DNA of 18,671 bases, from the NCBI GenBank assembly GCA_039588275.1, contig JBDHAC010000064.1, positions 1 through 18,671 of the forward strand, in the 5' to 3' direction. Every line of letters begins with the position of its first letter. Position 1 is the stretch's first letter. Positions 1 to 9,238 of this stretch are shown piece by piece. The position numbers and the translations under genes are program-made. This DNA comes from Gemmatimonadota bacterium (GTDB lineage Bacteria; Gemmatimonadota; Gemmatimonadetes; Palauibacterales; Palauibacteraceae). Under the pieces are notes generated by a model, which saw nothing but the letters and a program-made list of their open reading frames with translations, did no database searches and was not told the DNA's origin.

Positions 1-1
1 T

Positions 2-205
2 CGCGATCCGCGGGGATCCGTCCACATGGCGGGGCGGGGCAGACCGCCGCCGCCGCGGCTTCAGGGTCGTCCCGCGACCGCGCTCGCGCGGCACAACCGC
101 CTCTGCGGCGCCGACCCCGGTGCCTGGACGGCCAGCGCACGCTGGAAACGGGAGGCCGATATCCCCGACCACGTCCTCTTCCGCGCCACCGAGGCAGCCA
201 TGTGA
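2..205 (+). CDS. possible 3' end of a gene entering from the left edge (product unknown)
   Basis: Frame 2 is open from the window edge to TGA at 203-205 (...WKREADIPDHVLFRATEAAM*), with mostly G/C third positions in its distal half. It converges on the strong hairpin at 245-269. No recognisable motif. Confidence 0.3.
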   Translation, partial: RDPRGSVHMAGRGRPPPPRLQGRPATALARHNRLCGADPGAWTASARWKREADIPDHVLFRATEAAM

Positions 206-244
206 CCCGAGGTCGAAGCCGGGCCGATACCGAAAGATGGCCTC

Positions 245-269
245 GGCGGGCCGGTTGAACCGGCCCGCC
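245..269. terminator. strong GC hairpin, probable terminator/stabiliser downstream of the BNR-repeat gene
   Basis: Perfect 11-bp inverted repeat GGCGGGCCGGT-tga-ACCGGCCCGCC, 16 nt beyond the stop codon of 286..3468(-). No clear U-tract on either side. Confidence 0.55.
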
Positions 270-285
270 AAGCTTCGGAGCTCGC

Positions 286-3200
286 CTAGCTCGTCGCGAC
301 TGGCCGGGTCTTGATGATTACGCCCGGCACGCCGTTCTCGCGCAGCCTCGCGTTGAAGTCCGCCACTTCCGTCTCGAGGATCTGCTGGAACTCATGTAGC
401 TGCACGTTGAGCTCGGCCTGCAGGTCGTCTGCCCGCTCGACGGCGCCCTCGGTCGGCCGGTCCTGCGTGCTGCGGATGTAGCCGTACAGCGCCGCGAGCT
501 GGTTGTCGAGCATGGGCGGGAAGTTGAGCGGGTCCTGACCGCTCTCGTTCCTGGTCTGCATCAGCTCTTCCTCGACCCCCGTCAGCTTCTCCCCGGTCTC
601 GTCGGCCATGTCGATGAAATCGTCGCCGAATCCGGCGTCCTTGGCGAGCGCCGCCTGCTCCTTCATCTGCGTGCGCACCGAGCGGATGTCCCGTACCGCG
701 TCGTGCGATTGCTGGAGCATGTCGCGCACGCGGATCATCAGGTCATGCCGCGCCTGCAGGTCCGCCACCGTGACCTGGTCCGCGACGCGCGGGTCGATCC
801 TCACCTCGAAGTCTTGCGTCTGGACGTCGTCACCCAGGGTCAGGCGCACCTGGTAGCTGCCTGGCACCGAGGGCACGGGGCCCGTGAAGCCCCAGATCCG
901 GGCGCCCTCCACGAGGTCGGCACCCAGCTCGGTCAGGTTCCAGGCCGTCCGGTTGAGCCCGGCGTCGGCCGGGATCTCGTCCGGCTCGAACTCCGGTCGC
1001 AGCCCGCGCTCCTCCTTCATCGCGTCGTCGAACTTGCCCGGCTGGCTCGAGAAGATCCGCACGACCTCGCCACGCGCGTTCAGGATCTCCATCAGCAGAG
1101 GCTCCTCGGACTCCGTGCCGAGCGAGTAGTAGATGATCGCTCCGTTGGGGCGCCCGCCGCCGCCACCGCCGAAGAAACCGCCGAACGAGGCGGCGTAGGT
1201 GTCGGCCGGGTCGAACAGGTGCAAATCGGCGTCGGCTACGGCCGGCGTGAGCTCGTGCAGCGGCGACAGGTCGTCGAGGATCCAGAACGAGCGCCCTTGC
1301 GTCGCCACGACGAGGTCGCCCTCGTGCACTCTCATGTCCGTGATCGGGGTGACCGGCAGGTTGAGCCTGAAGGATTGCCAGCTCTGACCGTCGTCGAAGC
1401 TTACGTACATGCCGTACTCGGTGCCCGCGTACAGCAGCCCCTGACGATCCGGATCCTCGCGGATCACACGCACGAAGTGCCCATCCCCGATCCCCTGCGT
1501 GCCGAGCCGCACCCACGTCTGACCGTAGTCATCCGTGCGGAACATGTACGGCTCGTAATCGGCCATCCGGTACCTCTGGACGGCGATGAAAGCCCGTCCC
1601 GGACCGTGCGCCGACAGGTCGATCATATTGACGGTGCCCCACTCCGGCATGCCGGGAGGCGTGATGTTCTCCCAGTTGGCGCCGTCATCGCGCGAGATGT
1701 GCACGAGACCGTCGTCCGACCCGGCCCACAACACGCCCTGCTCGTGCGGGGATTCCTCGAACGCGAACACGACGCCGTACACTTCGACCCCGGTGTTGTC
1801 CATCGTGATCGGCTCGCCCGCGTGGTACTGCTTCGTCGTGTCGTTGCGGGTGAGGTCCGGGCTGATCGTCTCCCAGGAGTGCCCCATGTCCGTCGTGCGG
1901 TGCACGTAGTTGGACGTGTGGTAGACCATGTCCGGGTTGTGGGGCGAGATCCGGATCGGCGCGTTCCATTGGAAGCGGTACTTGAGCGTCTTGGGCGCCT
2001 GCCCGAGCTGGAGCTGCGGGTAGATCAGGATCGCGCGCACATCACCCGTGCGGCGGTCCACGCGGCTGATGTTACCCCCGTAGCAACCCGCGTAGGTGAC
2101 CATGGGGTCGCGCGGATCGATCGCGATATGGCCGCTCTCGCAACCTCCGACCGAGGCCCAGTACTGCGAGGGCGTGACGCCCGGCAGCGGACGGCTGGGC
2201 AGCGTGATCGTCGAGTTGTCCTGCTGCGAGCCGTACACGAAATACGGGAACTGGTTGTCCACGAACACGCGATAGAATTCGGCGGTGGGCTGGTTGTAAT
2301 ATGTGGACCAGCTCTGCGCGCCCGTCGTCGTGACCTGCGCGCCCCCGTCGTCGGCGACGACTTGCTTGTCCGGATCCTCGTAGTTCACCCACAGGTCGTG
2401 CACGTCGCCGTGCGGTACGCGATAGGATTGGAACGTGCGACCGCCATCGATCGACTTGTAGTAGGACGTATTCAACGCGTAGACCGTGTTCTCGTCGACC
2501 GGGTCGGCGTAGATGTGCGTGTAATACCAGGCGCGCTGCTGGAGATTCCGATTCCGGTTGACCTGGCTCCAGGTATCCCCTCCGTCGTCGGATCGGTACA
2601 CGCCGCCCGCCCCGTCGGGGGCCTCGATCAGCACCCAGACGCGATCGGGGTTCGCGCGTGACACGGTCACCGCGGCCTTCCCGACCAACCCGGTGGGAAG
2701 TCCGCCCTCCAGCTTGTCCCAGGTGTCGCCGCCGTCTTTGGACCGGAATACGCCGGCCTCCGACGAACCGGAGATCATCGTCCACGGCTTGCGCTCGGCG
2801 CGCCATGCGGCGGCGAAGATGATGCGCGGGTTCTTCTGATTGAGCGCCAGGTCGACGAACCCCGTCGAGTCGCTCAGGAAGAGCACCCGCTCCCAGCTGT
2901 CACCGCCGTCCCTCGTGCGGTAGACGCCGCGCTCGGGATTCGGCCCGAAGGGATCTCCCAACGCGGCGGCGAACGCCACGTCAGGATCGTCGGGGTGCAC
3001 CTCGATGCGGCCTATCTGACCCGCGTTCGGGAGTCCTATGTGCGTCCATGTGTCGCCGCCATCCACCGAGCGATACATCCCGATTCCCTTCGAGACGTTC
3101 CCGCGCGCGCACGCGGAGCCGGTGCCGACGTAGATGACGTTGGGGTCGCTGTCCGAGACGTCGATGGCGCCGATCGATCCGGCCTCGAAGAAGTCGTCGG

Positions 3201-3468
3201 AGACATTGGTCCAGTTGAGTCCGGCGTCCACGGTCTTCCACACGCCGCCGCCGGTGGCACCCATGAAGAACGTGAGCGGCTGCTCCGTGATCCCGGCAAC
3301 CGCCGAGCTGCGGCCGCCTCGCGTCGGTCCGATCGAGCGATACCGAAGACCCGCTAAGGTGGCGGAGTCGTAGACCGCTCCCTCGTCCTGCGCCTGCAAG
3401 TCGATCGCGCCGACAGAGAGGGCCGCGATCGTGATCGCTCCCAGCGTGAAGAATCGAGCGCTACGCAT
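286..3468 (-). CDS. secreted BNR/Asp-box repeat beta-propeller protein (VPS10/sortilin-like, often annotated 'glycosyl hydrolase')
   Basis: Many Asp-box repeats (SVDGGDTW, TRDGGDSW, SKDGGDTW, SDDGGDTW, SIDGGRTF, SRDDGANW, SFDDGQSW). N-terminal 'RYRSIGPTRGGR' is typical of the family, and there is a signal peptide (MRSARFFTLGAITIAALSVGA...) and a helical C-terminal region. Start moved from 3486 to ATG 3468 because CAGGAG lies just upstream. Confidence 0.85.
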   Translation of the reverse strand: MRSARFFTLGAITIAALSVGAIDLQAQDEGAVYDSATLAGLRYRSIGPTRGGRSSAVAGITEQPLTFFMGATGGGVWKTVDAGLNWTNVSDDFFEAGSIGAIDVSDSDPNVIYVGTGSACARGNVSKGIGMYRSVDGGDTWTHIGLPNAGQIGRIEVHPDDPDVAFAAALGDPFGPNPERGVYRTRDGGDSWERVLFLSDSTGFVDLALNQKNPRIIFAAAWRAERKPWTMISGSSEAGVFRSKDGGDTWDKLEGGLPTGLVGKAAVTVSRANPDRVWVLIEAPDGAGGVYRSDDGGDTWSQVNRNRNLQQRAWYYTHIYADPVDENTVYALNTSYYKSIDGGRTFQSYRVPHGDVHDLWVNYEDPDKQVVADDGGAQVTTTGAQSWSTYYNQPTAEFYRVFVDNQFPYFVYGSQQDNSTITLPSRPLPGVTPSQYWASVGGCESGHIAIDPRDPMVTYAGCYGGNISRVDRRTGDVRAILIYPQLQLGQAPKTLKYRFQWNAPIRISPHNPDMVYHTSNYVHRTTDMGHSWETISPDLTRNDTTKQYHAGEPITMDNTGVEVYGVVFAFEESPHEQGVLWAGSDDGLVHISRDDGANWENITPPGMPEWGTVNMIDLSAHGPGRAFIAVQRYRMADYEPYMFRTDDYGQTWVRLGTQGIGDGHFVRVIREDPDRQGLLYAGTEYGMYVSFDDGQSWQSFRLNLPVTPITDMRVHEGDLVVATQGRSFWILDDLSPLHELTPAVADADLHLFDPADTYAASFGGFFGGGGGGRPNGAIIYYSLGTESEEPLLMEILNARGEVVRIFSSQPGKFDDAMKEERGLRPEFEPDEIPADAGLNRTAWNLTELGADLVEGARIWGFTGPVPSVPGSYQVRLTLGDDVQTQDFEVRIDPRVADQVTVADLQARHDLMIRVRDMLQQSHDAVRDIRSVRTQMKEQAALAKDAGFGDDFIDMADETGEKLTGVEEELMQTRNESGQDPLNFPPMLDNQLAALYGYIRSTQDRPTEGAVERADDLQAELNVQLHEFQQILETEVADFNARLRENGVPGVIIKTRPVATS

Positions 3469-3628
3469 CGGATACTCCTGTGGCAAAAGGGCGGGACACT
3501 GAATTCATCAGGTTCGTCTGTTCCTGGTCGCAAGCTAGAAGCGAGCGAGGAACGGCCGCAATCCGGCGGCGCGGCCGTCTTCGTCGCTCGGAAAGCACCA
3601 TGTGGAGGAAGCCCGGACGCCGCCGGAG

Positions 3629-5170
3629 CTACAGCTCCAGCAGGCACCACTCCTTCGTCGCGGGGACGGTCCCCATCTGGAGTCCCTTCTCCTCCGCCAC
3701 GAGGATGTTGTTCGAGTGGTTGAACCCGAACCCGTTCTCGGGGTCGTACAGCCCCGGCTCGTTGGAGAAGTGCATCCCGGGTCGCATCACCGTGTAGTCA
3801 CCGAGCGCCTGGTACGGCGGTTGGTGCCCCTCCATCCCCTCGCCGTGACCCGGCCGGTGGTAGATGAGGTGGGCGCACTCGTTCGCGACCTGATGGTCGT
3901 GGACCGCTTTGGCGACGTTCGAGCAGGTGTTCGCGGCGCGGGACTCCTCCGCCTGAATCTCGTACGAGCGCGTGTGCACCTCCCACACGTGCTCCTGCCA
4001 CTCGGTCCACGGCGCGATGAGGAACGAGCGGTACTGCTCGCCGCCATAACCGCCGACCCGGACCACTCCGGCGAGCTGTAAGGCGTCGCCCCGCTGGATC
4101 TTGCTCCAGTACTGCTGGTTCGGGTGTGGATACGCCGTCGCCTGCCCGGTGCGGCAGCCGATCCCGATCGAGATCCCGACCGCGTTGTGTGGCTCGCCCT
4201 CCTGCGGGATGTCCTGCATGATCCGGTTGAGGCCCCACAGATGGGCGGCGTTCCCGAGCTCCCAATCGGTCGTGCCGAGACCGCGCTCGAGCAGGTAGTT
4301 GCGTGCGAAGGCGTGCGTCTCCGACCAGTAGTCCTCCGCGAGCTGGGTGAGGCGGTTCTCCATCTCGTCCTTCACGATTCGGGCGCGGATCATGATGTCA
4401 TAGATGTCCACGAATTCCGCGTCGGGCATCGCCTTTGCCATCGCGCCCCACGAGCCCGACTCGGGTCGGCGCGGGGTCGGGGTCTCGATCTCGCCCCACA
4501 TGTCGAGGCGGTCCGAGTCCTCCTGGCCCGGGAGGATGCCGATCTCCGCCAGGCTCCCGCTGTCGATGCCGACCACGCCGTCGCCGTACCCGAGCCCGGT
4601 GAGCGTCTCGCCCCACCAGCGGTGGATGTTGACGGTGGCCCCTTGGAGCACCTGCCCCTCGTTCGGGAAGCCGCCGCGCGCGTGGTGCCAGTCGAAATAG
4701 GCGGCCGAGTCGGTCCGCCACCAGCTGGCGACGAGCTCTTCGTCGAGGTAGGGGTTCAGCCAGATCAGTGCGTCGTCGTCGTCCATCGGGAGGAAGCACG
4801 CGAAGCGGCGCTCGGTCGTCGTGTGGATGAGACCGGTCGCGTAGATGATGTTCCACCGGTTGGTGAGGAAGATCCCGCTCGTTACGCCGCGCCGGCGCGC
4901 CTCCTCCTTGAGTTGCTTCACCTTGGCCTTGTGCCACGCGAGAGGTAGCCGGTGGAAGTCGGCGGGCTCGGGGAGCTCGGCCTTTCGGAGAGCCTGCTCG
5001 CGGCGGAGGAGCACGAAGCTGTCGGTGGCGGCCTCGGCGCGGGCCATCGCCGTCTCATCGGGCCACACCTCGCGCGGGCCGATGATGGAGGGAGCGAGGA
5101 AACCGGCGCCGGCGGCCCCCAGCAGACCGCTGCCCGAAGTGGTGAGAAAGTCGCGGCGATTCCAGGTCAT
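3629..5170 (-). CDS. Tat-exported M24 (Xaa-Pro peptidase/creatinase fold) family hydrolase
   Basis: C-terminal pita-bread motifs HRPGHGEGMEGHQPP and NEPGLY. Twin-arginine signal NRRDFL followed by a hydrophobic stretch. Start set at ATG 5170 (MTWNRRDFL) behind GGAGGG; the track's 5488 start overlaps pntB. Confidence 0.8.
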   Translation of the reverse strand: MTWNRRDFLTTSGSGLLGAAGAGFLAPSIIGPREVWPDETAMARAEAATDSFVLLRREQALRKAELPEPADFHRLPLAWHKAKVKQLKEEARRRGVTSGIFLTNRWNIIYATGLIHTTTERRFACFLPMDDDDALIWLNPYLDEELVASWWRTDSAAYFDWHHARGGFPNEGQVLQGATVNIHRWWGETLTGLGYGDGVVGIDSGSLAEIGILPGQEDSDRLDMWGEIETPTPRRPESGSWGAMAKAMPDAEFVDIYDIMIRARIVKDEMENRLTQLAEDYWSETHAFARNYLLERGLGTTDWELGNAAHLWGLNRIMQDIPQEGEPHNAVGISIGIGCRTGQATAYPHPNQQYWSKIQRGDALQLAGVVRVGGYGGEQYRSFLIAPWTEWQEHVWEVHTRSYEIQAEESRAANTCSNVAKAVHDHQVANECAHLIYHRPGHGEGMEGHQPPYQALGDYTVMRPGMHFSNEPGLYDPENGFGFNHSNNILVAEEKGLQMGTVPATKEWCLLEL

Positions 5171-5328
5171 CGTTCCCTCCTGCGGCGGGTCATGTGGCGG
5201 ATGACGGTCCGGCAGACGACGAGTACAACGTCGAGACAGACTCCGAGGGGAGCAAGTGGGAGGGGGAGGGGGCCGGCCCCCCGGCGTCACCTGACGACCG
5301 GCCCATTCGATCTTGAGGGGCGGAAGCC

Positions 5329-6729
5329 CTACAGCTCCTTCACTTCGTCGATCATGCGCTGGATCGCGACCGACGCGTCGCCGAAGAACATGCGGTTGTT
5401 CGGCTTGTAGAAGAGCGGGTTGTCGATGCCCGCATACCCGACGCTCAGGCTGCGCTTGATCACGATCGACGTCTTGGCGCGATCGCACTCGATGATCGGC
5501 ATGCCGGCGATCGGGCTCGTGGCGTCGTCTCGCGCGAGCGGATTCACGACGTCGTTCGCCCCGATCGTGACCGCCACGTCCACGTTCTCGATGTCGGGGT
5601 TCACGTCCTCAGGCTCGTACAGCTGGTCGTACGGGACGTTGGCCTCGGCGAGCAGGACGTTCATGTGCCCGGGCATACGGCCCGCCACCGGGTGGACCAC
5701 GAACTTGACCGTGACCCCGCGCGCGGTGAGCAGATCGGCGAGCTCCCGCACCTTGTGCTGCGCCTGGGCGACCGCCAGCCCGTACCCGGGGACGAAGATC
5801 ACCTGCGAGGCGTACCCGAGCAGCATCGCCGCATCGTCGCCCTCGATCGGGATGGCGACCTTCTCGCCATCTTCACCCGCCTTGCTAGCCTCCATCCCCA
5901 CACCGAAGGCGCTGAACAGGACGTTCGCCAGTGAGCGGTTCATCGCCTTGCACATGATGCTGGTGAGGATGAGACCCGAGGCGCCGACCAGAGCCCCGCT
6001 GATGATCAGCGCGTTGTTGTCGAGCACGAACCCGGCCGACGACGCGGCGAGACCCGAGTACGAGTTCAGCAGCGCGATCACGACCGGCATATCGGCACCG
6101 CCGATCGGGATCACGACGAGCACGCCCAGGATGAGCGCGAAGACGATCAGCCCCCAGTACAAGAGCTCGTTGGCCCCGGTGACCACGAGATAGCCGGCTC
6201 CCCCCAACGCGCCGACGGCCAGGAGGATCGACAGGAGGCGGATGAACTGACTCTGGATCGCGCTCTCGGTCACGATCCCCTGCAGCTTCCCGAACGCGAT
6301 CATGCTGCCCGAGAAGGTGATCACGCCGATCAGCGTCCCCGCCATGATCGAGATGCCGTGGTCGGTCTCGAAGACGCCGGTCGACCTCGAGACGCGCAGG
6401 AACTCCGACACGGCCACCAACGCCGAGGCGGCACCGCCGAAACCGTTGAACGCGCCGACCATTTGGGGCATGGCCGTCATCGCGACCATGCGGGCCATGA
6501 TCAACCCGATCCCGCCCCCGATGACGAGCCCCGCGATGATCCACGTGAAGTCGAGGATCGCCCGATCGAGCAACGTGGCGACGATGGCGATCAGCATGCC
6601 GATTGCGGCGAGCCGGTTGCCGCCGCGCGCGGTCTCGGGTGATTGGAGGCGCTTCAGGCCGACGATGAACAGCACGGCCGAAACGAGGTAGCTGAGGAGT
6701 ATGAGGGTGCTGAGCGTTCCGGCCGGCAT
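5329..6729 (-). CDS. pntB: NAD(P) transhydrogenase subunit beta
   Basis: Multiple TM helices plus the hallmark motifs MPQMV, IGGADMPVVIALLNSYSG, MCKAMNRS, VPGYGLAVAQAQH, HPVAGRMPGHMNVLLAEA and GANDVVNP. Confidence 0.97.
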   Translation of the reverse strand: MPAGTLSTLILLSYLVSAVLFIVGLKRLQSPETARGGNRLAAIGMLIAIVATLLDRAILDFTWIIAGLVIGGGIGLIMARMVAMTAMPQMVGAFNGFGGAASALVAVSEFLRVSRSTGVFETDHGISIMAGTLIGVITFSGSMIAFGKLQGIVTESAIQSQFIRLLSILLAVGALGGAGYLVVTGANELLYWGLIVFALILGVLVVIPIGGADMPVVIALLNSYSGLAASSAGFVLDNNALIISGALVGASGLILTSIMCKAMNRSLANVLFSAFGVGMEASKAGEDGEKVAIPIEGDDAAMLLGYASQVIFVPGYGLAVAQAQHKVRELADLLTARGVTVKFVVHPVAGRMPGHMNVLLAEANVPYDQLYEPEDVNPDIENVDVAVTIGANDVVNPLARDDATSPIAGMPIIECDRAKTSIVIKRSLSVGYAGIDNPLFYKPNNRMFFGDASVAIQRMIDEVKEL

Positions 6730-6787
6730 GGAAGTACCCGTTTCCCTTGGTTAAAAAGCCCGCTGAGGCTTCTAGCTGTTGAGGCTG

Positions 6788-7084
6788 CTAGCTCTTGGTC
6801 TCCGGCCCGCGCCGGAACATGTGAAGCATGCGATCCGTCACCACGAACCCGCCGACGACGTTGATCATCGCCAGGATCACGGCGGCCAGACCGATCATCG
6901 TGAACAGCATCGATTCGCCCGAGCCGGCGATCACCAGCGCGCCGACGATCGAGATGCCCGAGATCGCGTTCGAGCCCGACATCAGGGGCGTGTGCAGCGT
7001 CGGCGGTACCTTCGTGATGATCTCGAATCCCACGAACATCGCCAGAACGAACACGTATACGCCGACAAGCAGGGTGCCGGTCAT
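6788..7084 (-). CDS. pntAB: NAD(P) transhydrogenase subunit alpha, membrane part (alpha2)
   Basis: 98 aa hydrophobic protein with VPPTLHTPLMSGSNAISG and INVVGGFVVTDRMLHMF; lies between pntAA and pntB. Confidence 0.95.
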   Translation of the reverse strand: MTGTLLVGVYVFVLAMFVGFEIITKVPPTLHTPLMSGSNAISGISIVGALVIAGSGESMLFTMIGLAAVILAMINVVGGFVVTDRMLHMFRRGPETKS

Positions 7085-7136
7085 GGGCCGATCCTCGCTT
7101 GAAGAGTCTTCGCTGGAGTAGTCCTAGTTCGAGGGC

Positions 7137-8285
7137 TCATCCCTCGAACCTCACCTGTCCATCGTGCGTGACGCAGCACGCGTCGAGGATATCATTCTCG
7201 AAGTCCACGCTCAGTCCATCGTCGGTGACCATCTCCTTCAGGAGCGCCGAGACGTTGCGCCCGAACATCTGACTGGCGTGGGTGGGAAGAGTCGCCGGCA
7301 GGTTCAGGGGAGCGTGAATGGTGACGCCGTGGCGCTTCACCGTTTGCCCCGCCTCGCTCAGGGCGCAATTGCCCCCGGCTTCGCCCGCCAGATCCACGAT
7401 CACGGAACCGGGGCTCATGGCCTGGACCATCTCCTCGGTGATGAGCAGTGGGGCCGGCTTGCCCGGCACGAGCGCCGTCGTGATGACGACGTCCGATTTC
7501 GCAACGTGGAGGGCCACCAGCTCGCGCTCGCGCGCTTGCTCGTCCTCCGCAAGCTGCTTCGCGTAGCCGCCCTCGGTCTCGCGTTCCGCCTCGGCTCCCG
7601 CGGTCTCGTCCTCGCCCCACTCGACGAACTTGGCGCCGAGGCTCTCGACCTCCTCCTTCACGGCGGCGCGGATGTCGTAACCCTCGACCGCGCCTCCAAG
7701 CCTGCGAGCCGTCGCGATCGCCTGGAGCCCCGCGACGCCAGCGCCCAGAATGAGCACCTTCGCGGGGGACAGCGTCCCGGCGGCCGTCATGAGCAGCGGA
7801 AAGATCCTGCCCAGCGAGTCCGCCCCGATCACGGCGGCCTTGTACCCCGCCAGCGTAGCCTGCGAGGAAAGGACATCCATCGCCTGCGCGCGCGTGGTGC
7901 GGGGGAGGAGCTCGAGCGCGAGCGCCGTGACCTTCCGCCCCGCGAGGCGCTGGATCAGGTCGGCGTTCTGGTGCGGTCGCATGAGCGAGATCAGGACGGC
8001 GCCCTCGCGGATCAGGTCGGCCTCGTGCCGGCCGTCGGCGAGCGCGTCGGGCGGGTTCACCTTGAGCACGACATCGGCCTCTCCGAGAAGCTGCGCCGCG
8101 TCACCCACGATGTGGGCTCCCTGCTCCTCGTAATCGGCATCGGTGAACGCGGCTGACTCGCCGGCGCCGGCCTGGACCGCGCACTCGACAGTGTCACTCG
8201 ACAGCCGTCGGACGCCATCCGGAGTGAGGGCGACTCTGGTCTCGCCCTCGGCGGTTTCGGTGGGTACCGCTACGCGTAGAGGCAC
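7137..8285 (-). CDS. pntAA: NAD(P) transhydrogenase subunit alpha, soluble NAD(H)-binding part (alpha1)
   Basis: Motifs ETRVALTP, RAQAMDVLSSQA, LMTAAGT, GAGVAGLQAIATARRLG, GGYAK and ITTALVPGKPAP. GTG start with upstream GGAAGGA. Confidence 0.95.
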   Translation of the reverse strand: MPLRVAVPTETAEGETRVALTPDGVRRLSSDTVECAVQAGAGESAAFTDADYEEQGAHIVGDAAQLLGEADVVLKVNPPDALADGRHEADLIREGAVLISLMRPHQNADLIQRLAGRKVTALALELLPRTTRAQAMDVLSSQATLAGYKAAVIGADSLGRIFPLLMTAAGTLSPAKVLILGAGVAGLQAIATARRLGGAVEGYDIRAAVKEEVESLGAKFVEWGEDETAGAEAERETEGGYAKQLAEDEQARERELVALHVAKSDVVITTALVPGKPAPLLITEEMVQAMSPGSVIVDLAGEAGGNCALSEAGQTVKRHGVTIHAPLNLPATLPTHASQMFGRNVSALLKEMVTDDGLSVDFENDILDACCVTHDGQVRFEG

Positions 8286-8504
8286 GGTCTGGTATATCCT
8301 TCCAGCCCGAAAGAGATGCCGGGCCGAGTCATCGTTACACGGGTTCTCCGACCCCGTTCACCACAACCCCGGCGCGAATCTCGAACGCGAAAGCGAAATC
8401 CGCAACCGCTTCGATGGAGCCATCCGGATCCCGCCGTGATGAGCCCATCGTGAGCCCTGACGCCGGCCGGTGATGAGCCGCTCCACCCGGTGACGCAAGG
8501 CCGC

Positions 8505-8533
8505 TTCGCCCGGCGATCATCCCCCGCTATAAT
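8505..8533 (+). promoter_or_regulatory. putative sigma70 promoter for 8600..9175
   Basis: Perfect TATAAT at 8528-8533 with TTCGCC (weak -35) 17 bp upstream; AGGAGG at 8589-8594 precedes ATG 8600. Confidence 0.5.
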
Positions 8534-8599
8534 GGAGCGCGCCGCGAGCTCCGCGCGCCGGTAGCCAGAGGGCAAAGACGCTGATTTCAGGAGGTCTTC

Positions 8600-9175
8600 A
8601 TGCACCCGAAAGTCACGGCAACAAAACCGCTCGGCTCCCTGATCGGGTGCCTGCTGCTGGCGGTCCTCGCGGTTCCGGCTCACGCGCAGGAGGAGGCCGT
8701 CCAGTCGGCGACGCTCCCGTTGCCGGCGTCCCAGCGAGACGCCGCGACCATCATCGCACGGGACGGAGAGACCTGGGTGGTGGCCCGGGATGGGGAAGGA
8801 GATTTCATCTGCCTCGCCGACGATCCGTCGGACGAGCGATTCCACGTCGCCTGCTACCACCACAGCCTCGAGCCGTACATGGCACGCGGCAGGGAGCTGC
8901 GGGCACAGGGGGTCAAGGGGCGGGAGTCGATCTCCAAGCGCTGGGAAGAGATCGACGCCGGGCAGCTCACCATGCCCGATCATCCGGCGGCGCTGTACTC
9001 GCTCTCTGGTCCCGCTAGCTGGGGCGGAGATGTCGATAACCTGAGTCCGCTCAGCGTGCTGTACGTGGCCTACGCGACGAGCGAGCGTCTCGGCGTCCCG
9101 GCGGAGCCTCGGCCCGGGAGGCCGTGGCTGATGTTCCCCGGCAAGCCGTCGGCCCACATCATGATCACGCCGTAA
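8600..9175 (+). CDS. hypothetical secreted protein
   Basis: Strong RBS; signal peptide ending A-H-A|Q (LLLAVLAVPAHAQ); protein-like composition with a Cys pair (FICLADD...HVACYH) and C-terminal WLMFPGKPSAHIM. Confidence 0.8.
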   Translation: MHPKVTATKPLGSLIGCLLLAVLAVPAHAQEEAVQSATLPLPASQRDAATIIARDGETWVVARDGEGDFICLADDPSDERFHVACYHHSLEPYMARGRELRAQGVKGRESISKRWEEIDAGQLTMPDHPAALYSLSGPASWGGDVDNLSPLSVLYVAYATSERLGVPAEPRPGRPWLMFPGKPSAHIMITP

Positions 9176-9238
9176 GGGCCCGCTGCCGACCGGCCCCCGA
9201 CGGTAACCTGACGAAACGAACTCAGCCCGCGCCATCTC

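Noticed and set aside
703..2661. Long antisense ORFs (703..2661+, and similarly 7164..8156+, 8270..9628-, 12311..13708-, 15049..16122-, 15593..16753-)
   Set aside because: These are shadow frames of well-supported genes in high-GC DNA, rich in Arg/Val/His/Pro and lacking motifs.
6788..8285. Split pntA as a possible frameshift or pseudogene
   Set aside because: The alpha1/alpha2/beta three-gene arrangement is an established natural form (e.g. Rhodospirillum rubrum), and both parts are intact.
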